A stretch of DNA of 60,066 nt from a virus (IMGVR_UViG_3300027367_000243:1-60066), one strand, 5' to 3'; positions 20,901 to 30,466 are shown, numbered from the stretch's first letter. The notes: generated by a model from the letters alone, not told the origin. Translations and numbers: made by a program.

Positions 20901-20996
20901 TTATATGTTGGAGGTTTAGTTAACTCACCGGAATACTTATTTAGAAGTGGTGGTGAAATAACTAGCGATGGTTCAACAATGAGGTTTCAATTTTAA
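17928..20996 (+). CDS. Gly-Ser-Ser/Gly-Thr-Ser triplet-repeat fibre protein
   Basis: Hundreds of residues of GSS/GTS/GSD triplets broken by two copies of a ~45-aa GYSGAKS...W.G..WE module and one globular insert. Confidence 0.8.
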   Translation: MSRLKLKQIQEILLSNLQNGDYLAYNSTNATFENTAAPLDGSSGTSGSSGTSGSSGTSGSDGTSGSSGSSGTSGSDGSSGSSGTSGSSGIDGEKGADGAAGSSGTSGSSGVDGSSGTSGSSGIDGELGPAGEDGAPGSSGTSGSSGSSGTSGSSGTSGSDGSSGSSGTSGSSGTSGADGEGGEQGEKGDAGTSGSSGTSGSDGSSGSSGTSGSDGSSGTSGSDGTSGSDGSSGSSGTSGSDGTSGSSGTSGSDGSSGTSGSDGTSGSDGSSGSSGTSGSDGTSGSSGTSGSDGSSGSSGTSGSDGSSGSSGTSGSSGYSGAKSANDIEGLGNGEFVGQVGFTSDGKVYIWTGDTWEETQDLNGSSGSSGTSGSDGSSGSSGTSGSDGSSGSSGTSGSDGTSGSSGTSGSDGSSGSSGTSGSDGSSGSSGTSGSDGSSGSSGTSGSSGSSGTSGSSGTSGSSGSSGTSGSSGSSGTSGSSGTSGADGNFGGASFDYTLASATGASQPADGRLRLSNFTTQNAASSIYINQTDDDNGSVESFFTALDAVTSGVKAHIRISKKFNTDEYLLFAIGDLTDNGLWWTLGDLSNVGSSSTSPFSNGDDIVISLVATGDKGDSGSSGSSGSSGTSGSDGSSGSSGTSGSDGSSGSSGTSGSDGSSGTSGSDGSSGSSGTSGSDGSSGSSGTSGSDGSSGSSGTSGSDGSSGSSGTSGSSGTSGSDGSSGSSGSSGSSGSSGTSGSSGYSGAKSGTNLAGLGEGEFTGQLGYTSDGKIHQWNGEAWEEVRDLDGSSGSSGSSGSSGSSGSSGSSGTSGSDGSSGSSGTSGSDGSSGSSGTSGSDGTSGSSGSSGSSGSSGTSGSSGTSGSSGSSGSSGSAGSSGSSGTATITNLSNNRILTSTGVQGAANAEANATFDGTSLVGPTQFAAASGNNASKFRMWGNSATYGIGMVSGQTFGYLNDYAMMFQMNNQTGRGWKWQYESQAAGSGAMSLTTDGKLYVGGLVNSPEYLFRSGGEITSDGSTMRFQF

Positions 20997-21018
20997 TCAA
21001 AGATAATAGGAAAAGAAT

Positions 21019-23043
21019 ATGAGCTTAGATTTAACAAGACTTAGAGGAGCATCCCACGATAATATATCAGTAGGCGGGAGCTATACTGATACAATGATAA
21101 CAGCACAAGGATTTGGTAGTAATGCCAAATCCAGTTCTGCTTTTGTCAGATGGGTTCCTAATAACAAATCTGGAAGTGGTTATTATAGTGGCAACAGTGT
21201 AACTGTAACTACGAGTAACTTATCCTCTAGTGGTTATTTAGAATTTGATGCTTATGCTTGGAGTCGTGCGCAAGGTAAAGGTGATGGTTATCATTTATTA
21301 AAATTTGATTATTTAAATGATACTAATTCATATAATGGTGGGAATAGTTCACCAGGAATTCGTTTAACAGAACATTATTTTGCTGACTGTAATGATGAGG
21401 GATTAAATAATGGTGCTGATAAATTAAATACTTGGTACGAAGCTTCTAGAAAATGTGTTATTGTAATAGTTAATGTTGGTAATATACATGTTAACTCTAC
21501 TTGGCTAAATCAATTTATTGAATTTAGATCTTGGAGAATGACAAAAAACGTAACAACCTCTTCAGAGAATTGGAGTTACGCTGCAGTTATTACTAATATT
21601 AATGATATAGGACAGCTATCTGAAGCGCTTCAGGGAAAGGGCACTCTTCAAGATAATGCAACTGCACAATTAGTAATTGAACACAAAGAAAGCACTGTGG
21701 GACATGCTGGTTATGGCGAAGATCTTTCATCAGGGACTGGTGCTGGAGCCTTTTCATATACTGGAACTTCTCAAAGTGCACAAACAATAGCTACTAGAAC
21801 TATTAATTGGGATAATGCAGGTAAAGACAGAGTTAATCCAGGTGAGAAACTACGTTTTACTTTTGACGGTAAAGTTCAACAAGGAGCACTTCATTACAAT
21901 GGATATTTAAAAGTTAAGTTAATAGAACCAGGTATAGGTGGGACTTCTACATTTACATGTGAGAGCTGTGACCTATATGAAAGAATTGAAGGTTTACATA
22001 CTAGGGTAAGTTCAGTAGGTACTGGATCCGCTACATTAGAAATTGAAGCCTATGCAGGTAGTGGTGCTGGAGCCGGTGGAAGTCCTCATACTGGAATTTA
22101 CGGTAGAAACCTAGAAGTATATAAAGCTGGTGAGAACCCAGACCAAGATAGAGATGTTGCTGTACATAAATGGCATATTAATTCATTGAATGTTGCCGAA
22201 GGTCCAGCTAATTTCGATTTAAAAGTACCTAGTCAATTTTCTGCATTCTATAGTTCAGATAGAAATCTGGCTGATACAAGTCAAAATTATACACTTGATA
22301 CAAGTGGAACCGGAAGTGGTCTATTAAATTATCAAAGTAATAATGGTCCAGCTGCTTCGACCGGCCCAGGAAAATACAATCATATTAGATGGCATGGTAA
22401 CCTATTTTCTAGCACTGCGAATTCTCAACCACATGGACAGGTAACTGAAATTAGAAGTCCATCTATTAATATGACTAGAGACCTTGCTTTAGGCGGAGGA
22501 TCTATTACTGTAGATTCTACAAAAGCATATATGGCAGGAGTTTGGGTTAGAGTAAGAGAACATGCCGGCAGTTCAAATAGAGTCTCTTTAATTGGACAAT
22601 CAAATGGATCTAATAATAAAGGATATAATGGAACTACATATAACGCTAATACTAAAGTTTATGGACCGTCCGTTGAAACTGATATAAACCTTAATTCAGC
22701 ATTAACTGAATGGAAACTTATGTCATTCTTTTTCTTACCTGATTGGATGAGTGCTGTAGAAGTTACTGCATGGCATGATGATTATTTTGGAGAGTGGGCT
22801 GGTGAATATGAATTTACAACTGCTGCTCAACAAATAGCATCTGGAGGAATTAATACACCGCTTGATGCAAGGGTATTAAAAATGGGAAGTAATACTACAT
22901 CAGTAGCTTTTCATTTAAGAACAGAAGTATATTCTTCGGCAAGTATTTGGCAAGAGATGGTATATCCGTTTTTTACAGAAATTGATCCAATGAATATTAA
23001 TGCAGGAGGTGATTTACACTTCTGGAATTTTACTGAATCATAA
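21019..23043 (+). CDS. putative virion/receptor-binding protein with carbohydrate-binding-like domain
   Basis: 674 aa, aromatic and G/S/N-rich; VDSTKAYMAGVWVR resembles VDHTKLYRISVWVK in 25823 ORF. Confidence 0.5.
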   Translation: MSLDLTRLRGASHDNISVGGSYTDTMITAQGFGSNAKSSSAFVRWVPNNKSGSGYYSGNSVTVTTSNLSSSGYLEFDAYAWSRAQGKGDGYHLLKFDYLNDTNSYNGGNSSPGIRLTEHYFADCNDEGLNNGADKLNTWYEASRKCVIVIVNVGNIHVNSTWLNQFIEFRSWRMTKNVTTSSENWSYAAVITNINDIGQLSEALQGKGTLQDNATAQLVIEHKESTVGHAGYGEDLSSGTGAGAFSYTGTSQSAQTIATRTINWDNAGKDRVNPGEKLRFTFDGKVQQGALHYNGYLKVKLIEPGIGGTSTFTCESCDLYERIEGLHTRVSSVGTGSATLEIEAYAGSGAGAGGSPHTGIYGRNLEVYKAGENPDQDRDVAVHKWHINSLNVAEGPANFDLKVPSQFSAFYSSDRNLADTSQNYTLDTSGTGSGLLNYQSNNGPAASTGPGKYNHIRWHGNLFSSTANSQPHGQVTEIRSPSINMTRDLALGGGSITVDSTKAYMAGVWVRVREHAGSSNRVSLIGQSNGSNNKGYNGTTYNANTKVYGPSVETDINLNSALTEWKLMSFFFLPDWMSAVEVTAWHDDYFGEWAGEYEFTTAAQQIASGGINTPLDARVLKMGSNTTSVAFHLRTEVYSSASIWQEMVYPFFTEIDPMNINAGGDLHFWNFTES

Positions 23044-23050
23044 TGAAACT

Positions 23051-23059
23051 GATATATAA
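23051..23059 (+). promoter_or_regulatory. GATATATAA putative late promoter
   Basis: 28 nt before ATG 23088. Confidence 0.6.
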
Positions 23060-23087
23060 AATAAGTACAAAAACAAGAAACTATTAA

Positions 23088-25802
23088 ATGGCAAATTTAA
23101 AGGCAGGAGCCACTATTCAAGGACATATAATATTACATGCTGGTAATTTTGACCCCACTGCATACAGTGCAATGAAGGGACAGAAAGGTACTGGTGGTCA
23201 AAAAGGTGGCCAAGGTGGAGCAGGTGATAAAGGTGTCAAAGGACCTCAAGGTGGAGCAGGTGATAAAGGACAAAAAGGTGGCCAAGGTACTGGTGGAGAT
23301 GTTGGTATTACGGGAGCTCAAGGTCAAAAAGGTGCAATTGGACCTCAAGGTGGCGGTGGAGCCCAAGGTGGTGGCGGCGCTCAAGGTGGCCAAGGTCAAA
23401 AAGGTCAAAAAGGTGCTCAAGGTGGTGGCGGTACTAAAGGACCTCAAGGTGGAACAGGACAAAAAGGAGCAACAGGCGCTCAAGGCGGTGGCGGTGCTCA
23501 AGGTGACTTAGGTGAAATCGGACAAAAAGGTCAAACTGGACCACAAGGTGTTATTGGTTTAAAAGGACCGATCGGACCTCAGGGTGTTATTGGTGTTAAA
23601 GGTGGCCAAGGTGCTAAAGGTGGTACTGGATTACAAGGACCACAAGGTGAACAAGGTGGCGGCGGCCAAAAAGGTCAAAAAGGTGGTACTGGTTTAAAGG
23701 GACCAACTGGACCTCAAGGTGGTCAAGGTGCAAAGGGACCAACTGGTGCAAAAGGACCAATCGGACCTCAAGGAGGCACTGGACCTAAAGGAGATCAAGG
23801 AGCCACTGGTTTAAAGGGACCAACTGGACCACAAGGTGGCGGTGGCCAAAAAGGTGCTACTGGTGCAAAAGGAATTATAGGTGTAACTGGACCTCAGGGT
23901 GAGCAAGGTGATGCTGGACAAAAAGGACAAAAAGGTGGAACAGGTTTACAAGGACCTGAAGCTCCAAAAGGTCAAAAAGGTGCTCAAGGTGCTCAAGGTG
24001 GCGGTGGTGCTAAAGGCCCGACTGGACCACAAGGTGGAACTGGAGCAAAGGGACCTCAAGGTGGAACTGGATTAAAAGGACCAACTGGACCTAAAGGTGA
24101 ACAAGGTGGTAAAGGCCAAAAGGGTACAACCGGATCAAAAGGTAGTACTGGTGCTGGTGGAGCAAAAGGACCTCAAGGTACAAAAGGACCACAAGGTGCA
24201 AAAGGACCACAAGGTGCTGGTGGAGCAAAAGGACCACAAGGTATTGCTGGAGATGTTGGTGAAGGTGGAGCAAAAGGACCACAAGGTGGAGCTGGAGCAA
24301 AGGGACCTCAAGGTACAAAAGGACCACAAGGTGCAAAAGGACCACAAGGTTCTACTGGAGCAAAAGGACCACAAGGTGGACAAGGTGGCGGTGGAGCTCA
24401 AGGTGCTAAAGGTGATACTGGCCCACAAGGAGGTCAAGGAGATACTGGATTTAAAGGACCACAAGGTGCTAAAGGCCCTCAAGGTGGAGGCGGTTCGAAA
24501 GGACCACAAGGACAACAAGGTGCTAAAGGCCCGACTGGAGCACAAGGTGTAACCGGTGCAAAGGGACCGCAAGGTGCAAAAGGACCACAAGGTGTTAAAG
24601 GTACAACTGGTGCTGGTGGAGCAAAAGGACCAACTGGTGCAAAAGGTACTACTGGTTCAAAAGGTGCTACTGGTACACAGGGACCTGATGGTGAACAAGG
24701 AGCAAAAGGTAATACTGGTGCAAAAGGTAGTACTGGTGGACAAGGACCTGCTGGTGAACAAGGACTTAAAGGACCAACTGGTGCAAAAGGTAGTACTGGT
24801 GGACAAGGCCCTGCTGGTGAACAAGGATTAAAAGGTAGCACTGGTGCAAAAGGTACTACTGGTGGACAAGGACCTGATGGTGAACAAGGTGCTAAAGGAC
24901 CAACTGGTGCTAAAGGACCTAAAGGTTCAACGGGACCTGATGGTGTAAAAGGTGCAACTGGTTCTAAAGGACCAACTGGTGCTAAAGGACCTCAAGGTGG
25001 CCAAGGTGATGCTGGAGAACAAGGACTTAAAGGACCGACCGGAGCTAAAGGTGCTACTGGTACACAGGGACCTGATGGAGAACAAGGACTTAAAGGACCA
25101 CAGGGTGCAAAAGGACCTCAGGGTGCAAAAGGACCTCAAGGTGGTGCCGGTGGAGGTGGTGCTAAAGGACCAACTGGTGCAGCAGGACCTGCTGGAATAA
25201 AGGGTGCAACCGGTTTAAAAGGACCGACTGGACCAACTGGTGAGATCGGTGCTAAAGGCTCAACCGGAACAGCAGGAGCAGATGCAACTGGTACTAAAGG
25301 ACCAACTGGTGCTAAAGGCTCAACCGGTCCCGGTGGATCTACTGGAGCAAAAGGTTATACTGGAGCAAAAGGACCACAAGGTGGGGCTGGAGCTAAAGGA
25401 TCACAAGGATCAACTGGTGCACAAGGCCCTGCTGGTGCAAAAGGACAAAAAGGTGCAACAGGACCTACTGGACCTTCAGGAGCTTCAGATAGTAGAATTA
25501 AGAATGTTGAAGGACCAATTGGTAATACTCTTAATAAGATAAAAGCTATGAGAGGTGTTGTTTGGAATGCAAATGCGTTAGGCCAACAAATAGGCTTACC
25601 AGCAAATGCACCTATGTATGGTTTAGTTGCGCAAGAAGTAGAAGCACAATTCCCAGACTTAGTATTCCCATTACCGGAACAAGTACCTGGATATGATACT
25701 ATATTAGGTGTGGATTACTCAAGATTATCGCCAGTATTAATAGAAGCGATAAAAGATTTAGACAATAAGATAACCGATATTGAAAACCAATTAGGTAGTT
25801 AA
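23088..25802 (+). CDS. Lys-rich collagen-like fibre with C-terminal peptidase S74 intramolecular chaperone
   Basis: ~770 aa nearly uninterrupted Gly-X-Y (GAKGPQ/GAKGPT); then SDSRIK, YGLVAQEV, VDYSRL..LIEAIKDL. Confidence 0.9.
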   Translation: MANLKAGATIQGHIILHAGNFDPTAYSAMKGQKGTGGQKGGQGGAGDKGVKGPQGGAGDKGQKGGQGTGGDVGITGAQGQKGAIGPQGGGGAQGGGGAQGGQGQKGQKGAQGGGGTKGPQGGTGQKGATGAQGGGGAQGDLGEIGQKGQTGPQGVIGLKGPIGPQGVIGVKGGQGAKGGTGLQGPQGEQGGGGQKGQKGGTGLKGPTGPQGGQGAKGPTGAKGPIGPQGGTGPKGDQGATGLKGPTGPQGGGGQKGATGAKGIIGVTGPQGEQGDAGQKGQKGGTGLQGPEAPKGQKGAQGAQGGGGAKGPTGPQGGTGAKGPQGGTGLKGPTGPKGEQGGKGQKGTTGSKGSTGAGGAKGPQGTKGPQGAKGPQGAGGAKGPQGIAGDVGEGGAKGPQGGAGAKGPQGTKGPQGAKGPQGSTGAKGPQGGQGGGGAQGAKGDTGPQGGQGDTGFKGPQGAKGPQGGGGSKGPQGQQGAKGPTGAQGVTGAKGPQGAKGPQGVKGTTGAGGAKGPTGAKGTTGSKGATGTQGPDGEQGAKGNTGAKGSTGGQGPAGEQGLKGPTGAKGSTGGQGPAGEQGLKGSTGAKGTTGGQGPDGEQGAKGPTGAKGPKGSTGPDGVKGATGSKGPTGAKGPQGGQGDAGEQGLKGPTGAKGATGTQGPDGEQGLKGPQGAKGPQGAKGPQGGAGGGGAKGPTGAAGPAGIKGATGLKGPTGPTGEIGAKGSTGTAGADATGTKGPTGAKGSTGPGGSTGAKGYTGAKGPQGGAGAKGSQGSTGAQGPAGAKGQKGATGPTGPSGASDSRIKNVEGPIGNTLNKIKAMRGVVWNANALGQQIGLPANAPMYGLVAQEVEAQFPDLVFPLPEQVPGYDTILGVDYSRLSPVLIEAIKDLDNKITDIENQLGS

Positions 25803-25822
25803 TAATACACGTAAGCAAATAG

Positions 25823-28800
25823 ATGGCTGACTATAAGAAAATATTGATCGCAGGTAACCCAGCGTTTACCACCGATAACATGCATCCGGACCACTTTGGT
25901 TATTTAGGTGGAGAAAAAGGACATGATGGTGATAAAGGTGATATTGGGCCAAAAGGTAATAAAGGTGGATTAGGACCTGGTGGTGATAAAGGTAACAAAG
26001 GCGGCACCGGAGATGGTGGCCAAAAAGGTACTAAAGGTACTAAAGGACTAAAAGGTCTAATTGGCGGCGGTGGCGACCAGGGTGCTAAAGGTGTTCAAGG
26101 TCTTAAAGGTATCGAAGGTGCTAAAGGTGTAATCGGTGACCACGGCGTTGTCGGTGCTAAAGGTATCTTAGGAGGTACTGGTGATAAAGGTAATTTAGGA
26201 ACTGGTGGTGATGGTGGTGCTAAAGGTAACCAAGGTGCTAAAGGTATTAAGGGTAAAAAAGGCGAGATCGGCGCTAGCCCACAAGGTGCTAAAGGTCCTG
26301 TAGGTGATTCTCCTCAAGGCCAAAAAGGTTTTACTGGCCCGCAAGGAGGTACTGGTGATAAAGGTTTAAAAGGTGGCCAAGGTTCTAAAGGTAATTTAGG
26401 AACTGGTGGAGATACTGGTGCAAAGGGTGGTGTAGGTGATTCTCCAAGAGGGGAGTTCGGAATAGAAGGTGACCAAGGTGGTGTAGGTGATTCTCCAATA
26501 GGTAACAAAGGTGCAAGAGGAGATATTGGCGACCAAGGTGGTGGCGGTGATTCTCCAAAAGGTGCAAAAGGCGGAACAGGTGATCAAGGAGGAAGAGGTG
26601 ATTTAGGTGCTTCTCCAACCGGTATAAAAGGTAATAAAGGGGCTCAAGGCCCAACCGGAGCAAAAGGTTTAACTGCAAATAGTCCAAAAGGAGACGTAGG
26701 AGCAGGTGGTGCAAAAGGTGTTCAAGGTGGTGTAGGTGATTCTCCAATTGGTAATAAAGGAGGTGCTGGCGATATTGGTGCAAAAGGTGTTCAAGGTGAT
26801 TCTCCTGTAGGTGATAAAGGTGGACTTGGAGATACTGGTGCTCAAGGTGGTGGCGGTGATAAAGGTTCTCAACCTACTGGTGATCTAGGTCTTCAAGGAA
26901 ATGTTGGTGCAACCGGTGATAAAGGTACTCAACCTACTGGTGATAAAGGTAACAAGGGTAAAAAAGGTGCCATAGGCGGTGGAGGTAATAAAGGTACTCA
27001 ACCTACTGGTGATGTTGGCGCTCAAGGTGCGACCGGTGCAACTGGTGATAAAGGTACTCAACCTACTGGTGATATTGGTGCTAAAGGTGCTCAGGGACCT
27101 AAGGGTGGTATCGGTGATTCTCCTAAAGGTGCTAAAGGTAAGATTGGTGCTGGTGGTGATATTGGTGCAACTGGAGATAAAGGTGCAACAGGACCAACTG
27201 GAGAAAAAGGTTACTTAGGTATTAATAATACTAACATGTTAGATTATTCAACATGGACTGTAGGTAATACTTCAGCTACTGGATTTTCGCGTAATGGTGG
27301 TTCAAATGAAAACATATTAGAATACGGTGAAGGACCTTATGGAGAAAACACTGTATTATGGAGAACTATACCAGATGGTACTAGTAATGGTGGTGATGGT
27401 GGATGGAACAGTTCATTCCATAATGTAGATCATACTAAACTATATAGAATTAGTGTATGGGTAAAAAGAACTTCAGATCAAGCAAACGGAACATTTTATT
27501 TAGGAACAAATGGAGGTGGAGCCTGTGTATTATATGGAAGTGATGGTAGTTCGTCACAATGTAATCCTTATTTTGAATGTCGTGGTGTTGGTGGTTATAC
27601 AAAAGATGTATGGTATTTAGTAGTAGGTCACGTATTTCCTTCTGGAACTGGTGCAACTTCTAGACATGCACAAACTGGTGTATATACAATTGCTCAAAAC
27701 GGTCAAGTATTTGAAACTAATGGATGTAACTTAGGTGGTGATGCTGTAATGCACAGCACGACTACATCACTTAGACATAGAACATATCATTACTATGCTA
27801 ATAGTGTTGGTACAGAATTAGTATTTGCATATCCTAGATTAGAAGAGGTTACTTCTGAAACTCCAGATATAGTTGATGCTTATTTAGCTGATGGTTTTTC
27901 TAATACTGGAGATCAAGGTTCAGGTGGACTTCAACCAATTGGTGATATTGGTGATCAGGGTGCAGTAGGTACAACTGGTGATAAAGGTTCTCAACCTACC
28001 GGAGATAGAGGTGGTGTTGGAGATAATGGTGCTGGTGGTGATAAAGGTATTAAAGGTATACAACCCAAAGGCGTGACTGGAGATGGAGGTGCTGGAGGTG
28101 ATAAAGGTATTAAAGGTGTACAACCTACTGGTGATCAAGGTGACCAAGGCGGTGCAGGTGCTAAAGGTATTAAAGGTGTACAGCCTAAAGGTGTGACTGG
28201 AGATAGAGGCGGTGCAGGTGATAAAGGTATAAAAGGTATACAGCCACTAGGTGAGCAAGGTGACGCAGGTGGTGGAGGTGATAAAGGTAACCAAGGACCT
28301 GCGCCTACAGGTGCTCAAGGTGGTCAAGGTGATGAAGGTGGCGAAGGTGCTAAAGGTATTAAAGGTGTACAACCTACTGGTGATAGAGGTGACGCAGGCG
28401 AAGGCGGAGCTAAAGGTATTAAAGGTGTACAGCCATTAGGTGAGCAAGGAGATCTTGGTGATCAAGGTGCCATAGGCGGCGGAGGTGATCAAGGTGCAAA
28501 AGGCGCAACAGGTGCTCAAGGTGATAAAGGTCCACAAGGAAAAACTCCTATAGGACCACAAGGTCCTGCAGGTGATTCTCCACAAGGACCTAAAGGAATT
28601 CCTGGAAATAAAGGACAAGCCGGAGTGTCCAGTGTAGGTGCTACTGGTGATGCAGGTGGTGCTGGAGATCAAGGTGGCCCCGGAGGAAGAGGAGGACAAG
28701 GTCAAAAAGGTGAAGCTGGTTTTACCGGTCCAAGTGGAGGTTCTGGTGCTGGTGGAGGCCAAGGACCACAAGGTGCAAAAGGTGCAAAAGGTCCAACAGG

Positions 28801-29044
28801 AGCAACAGGACCAACAGGACCTGCTGGTGGTGGAAAACCTGAAGTCATGTATTCTGCTTCTGCATATTACGGCGGTACTGTATATTGGACTTCCGGTGGA
28901 CGTCCCATGAGTCGTTATGTAGGGTCTAGACAAAACACTAGTTTTTGTTCATCTACATATCCAACAACATCACATGGTTATTTTACTATTAGTAGAGAAG
29001 AGTCGGGAGATGATATGTGTTTAATGATGTTGGAACCAAGGTAA
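25823..29044 (+). CDS. collagen-like fibre with interrupted Gly-X-Y and central globular (CBM-like) insert
   Basis: GDK/GAK/GIK triplets with regular GDSPxG and GxQPxG interruptions; ~230-aa insert. Confidence 0.85.
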   Translation: MADYKKILIAGNPAFTTDNMHPDHFGYLGGEKGHDGDKGDIGPKGNKGGLGPGGDKGNKGGTGDGGQKGTKGTKGLKGLIGGGGDQGAKGVQGLKGIEGAKGVIGDHGVVGAKGILGGTGDKGNLGTGGDGGAKGNQGAKGIKGKKGEIGASPQGAKGPVGDSPQGQKGFTGPQGGTGDKGLKGGQGSKGNLGTGGDTGAKGGVGDSPRGEFGIEGDQGGVGDSPIGNKGARGDIGDQGGGGDSPKGAKGGTGDQGGRGDLGASPTGIKGNKGAQGPTGAKGLTANSPKGDVGAGGAKGVQGGVGDSPIGNKGGAGDIGAKGVQGDSPVGDKGGLGDTGAQGGGGDKGSQPTGDLGLQGNVGATGDKGTQPTGDKGNKGKKGAIGGGGNKGTQPTGDVGAQGATGATGDKGTQPTGDIGAKGAQGPKGGIGDSPKGAKGKIGAGGDIGATGDKGATGPTGEKGYLGINNTNMLDYSTWTVGNTSATGFSRNGGSNENILEYGEGPYGENTVLWRTIPDGTSNGGDGGWNSSFHNVDHTKLYRISVWVKRTSDQANGTFYLGTNGGGACVLYGSDGSSSQCNPYFECRGVGGYTKDVWYLVVGHVFPSGTGATSRHAQTGVYTIAQNGQVFETNGCNLGGDAVMHSTTTSLRHRTYHYYANSVGTELVFAYPRLEEVTSETPDIVDAYLADGFSNTGDQGSGGLQPIGDIGDQGAVGTTGDKGSQPTGDRGGVGDNGAGGDKGIKGIQPKGVTGDGGAGGDKGIKGVQPTGDQGDQGGAGAKGIKGVQPKGVTGDRGGAGDKGIKGIQPLGEQGDAGGGGDKGNQGPAPTGAQGGQGDEGGEGAKGIKGVQPTGDRGDAGEGGAKGIKGVQPLGEQGDLGDQGAIGGGGDQGAKGATGAQGDKGPQGKTPIGPQGPAGDSPQGPKGIPGNKGQAGVSSVGATGDAGGAGDQGGPGGRGGQGQKGEAGFTGPSGGSGAGGGQGPQGAKGAKGPTGATGPTGPAGGGKPEVMYSASAYYGGTVYWTSGGRPMSRYVGSRQNTSFCSSTYPTTSHGYFTISREESGDDMCLMMLEPR

Positions 29045-29070
29045 TAATAAATAAAAAAGAAACATAAATA

Positions 29071-29916
29071 ATGGCATTTAGTTATATAGGAAATAGAAAA
29101 TGGGCTGGAGATCCTAGATTTGTAACACATGAAGGACCTACTGGATCTGCTTTAGCAAAAGTAAGACAGTTAGAGTCTTATTATTTCTATTTTAATGAAT
29201 TAGGAAAAGCTTTTGGTTTCGGTCACGTAGAAGATGGTGGTGCAGAGATTAGAAATATAGGTTTAATTGCACAGGAATTAGCTGCTATAGAGCCTTCTTT
29301 AGTTAAACCTATGGATTATGAATGGACTACTTATGAAGATGAGACATATTATTGGGTAGATTATGAAGCTTTGCAAATATTATGTTTAGATGCTCTTAAT
29401 GAATTAAATGTTAAAGCAGATAATATTAAAACTCAATTAGGCATGGAAGTAGAAACTTACCCTGCAATATACTCAGGACCTATGCCACAATTACCAAGCG
29501 ATCAATATGAAATAACATCTATTGACGTAACTCCTGTTAATGGTGCTGAAGGAACTGAAGTGACATGGACTTTAAATGGAACTAATTTACCTAATAAATT
29601 GAGTGTTGCTTTTAAGCTTACTGGAACTTTTAATTATCAGGATATTGTAGGAGTTGTTGAAGAATCTAATAAATCAGAATTAATAATAGCTGATTCTAGT
29701 GAAGGCTTTAATATTCCGGAAGCTAAAACTGAACTTGGAGATGCATTTGGTAGTTTTGTTGTTAATAATGGTATTGCTACTATAAAAATGTTATATGTAA
29801 AAGATAGTGAAGTAGAAGGTGATGAGACTATTACAATGACACTTCTTTCTGGTAAAGATTCTTTTGGTAAAATATTACCCTCAATAAGTACTACAGCTAC
29901 TATTACAGATTCTTAA
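29071..29916 (+). CDS. stand-alone S74-like chaperone domain fused to an Ig/Calx-beta-like domain
   Basis: IGLIAQEL, VDYEAL..LDALNEL at N-terminus; DSEVEGDETITMTL at C-terminus. Confidence 0.7.
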   Translation: MAFSYIGNRKWAGDPRFVTHEGPTGSALAKVRQLESYYFYFNELGKAFGFGHVEDGGAEIRNIGLIAQELAAIEPSLVKPMDYEWTTYEDETYYWVDYEALQILCLDALNELNVKADNIKTQLGMEVETYPAIYSGPMPQLPSDQYEITSIDVTPVNGAEGTEVTWTLNGTNLPNKLSVAFKLTGTFNYQDIVGVVEESNKSELIIADSSEGFNIPEAKTELGDAFGSFVVNNGIATIKMLYVKDSEVEGDETITMTLLSGKDSFGKILPSISTTATITDS

Positions 29917-29959
29917 GTAAAGGAGCTAGGATAGATATATTCTAAACAAGCTCTTTAAT

Positions 29960-30466
29960 TTGCGTAAACATTTATTACTTATATTAGGTTTATTTGTTTT
30001 CTTCTTACATTTAGTAGAAGAAACTAAACCGGCGCAAAATAATTACACAATTCCTACTTTTAAAAGATTCACATTAAATGATGTGCTTAGTAATGAAAGT
30101 ATAGTAGAGTTTGTTCAAGACTCTTTACTAAAACCCCCATATAAATCTGCTTATATAGATGTGAAATGGGGACCACTACATCCACGCATTCTTGGATTAA
30201 CTACAAAGGTTAAAGACGGTATATTTTTTATTCAACTCAGTAGGGGCATATCATTAGAAGAAACTCAAAAAGTTTTGATGCATGAGCTAATTCATGTTTA
30301 CCAATTTCACTATAATTTGCTAGAAGATTTACCTAACGGAAATGTTCGCTGGAAAGACAGTGTTTATACATGGAGTATGGCTTGGAAAGATCGACCTTGG
30401 GAAATCCACGCGGAAGCTTGGAGTACCAAACTATTTAAGACTGATAGCTTATACCTGGAGAACTAA
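29960..30466 (+). CDS. zincin-type metallopeptidase with N-terminal signal/TM segment
   Basis: VLMHELIHVYQ (HExxH) and RPWEIHA; TTG start. Confidence 0.7.
   Translation: MRKHLLLILGLFVFFLHLVEETKPAQNNYTIPTFKRFTLNDVLSNESIVEFVQDSLLKPPYKSAYIDVKWGPLHPRILGLTTKVKDGIFFIQLSRGISLEETQKVLMHELIHVYQFHYNLLEDLPNGNVRWKDSVYTWSMAWKDRPWEIHAEAWSTKLFKTDSLYLEN

Noticed and set aside
9741-28933. Many alternative-frame and minus-strand ORFs over the collagen and Gly-Ser genes
   Set aside because: Shadow ORFs caused by low-complexity triplet repeats lacking stops in other frames.
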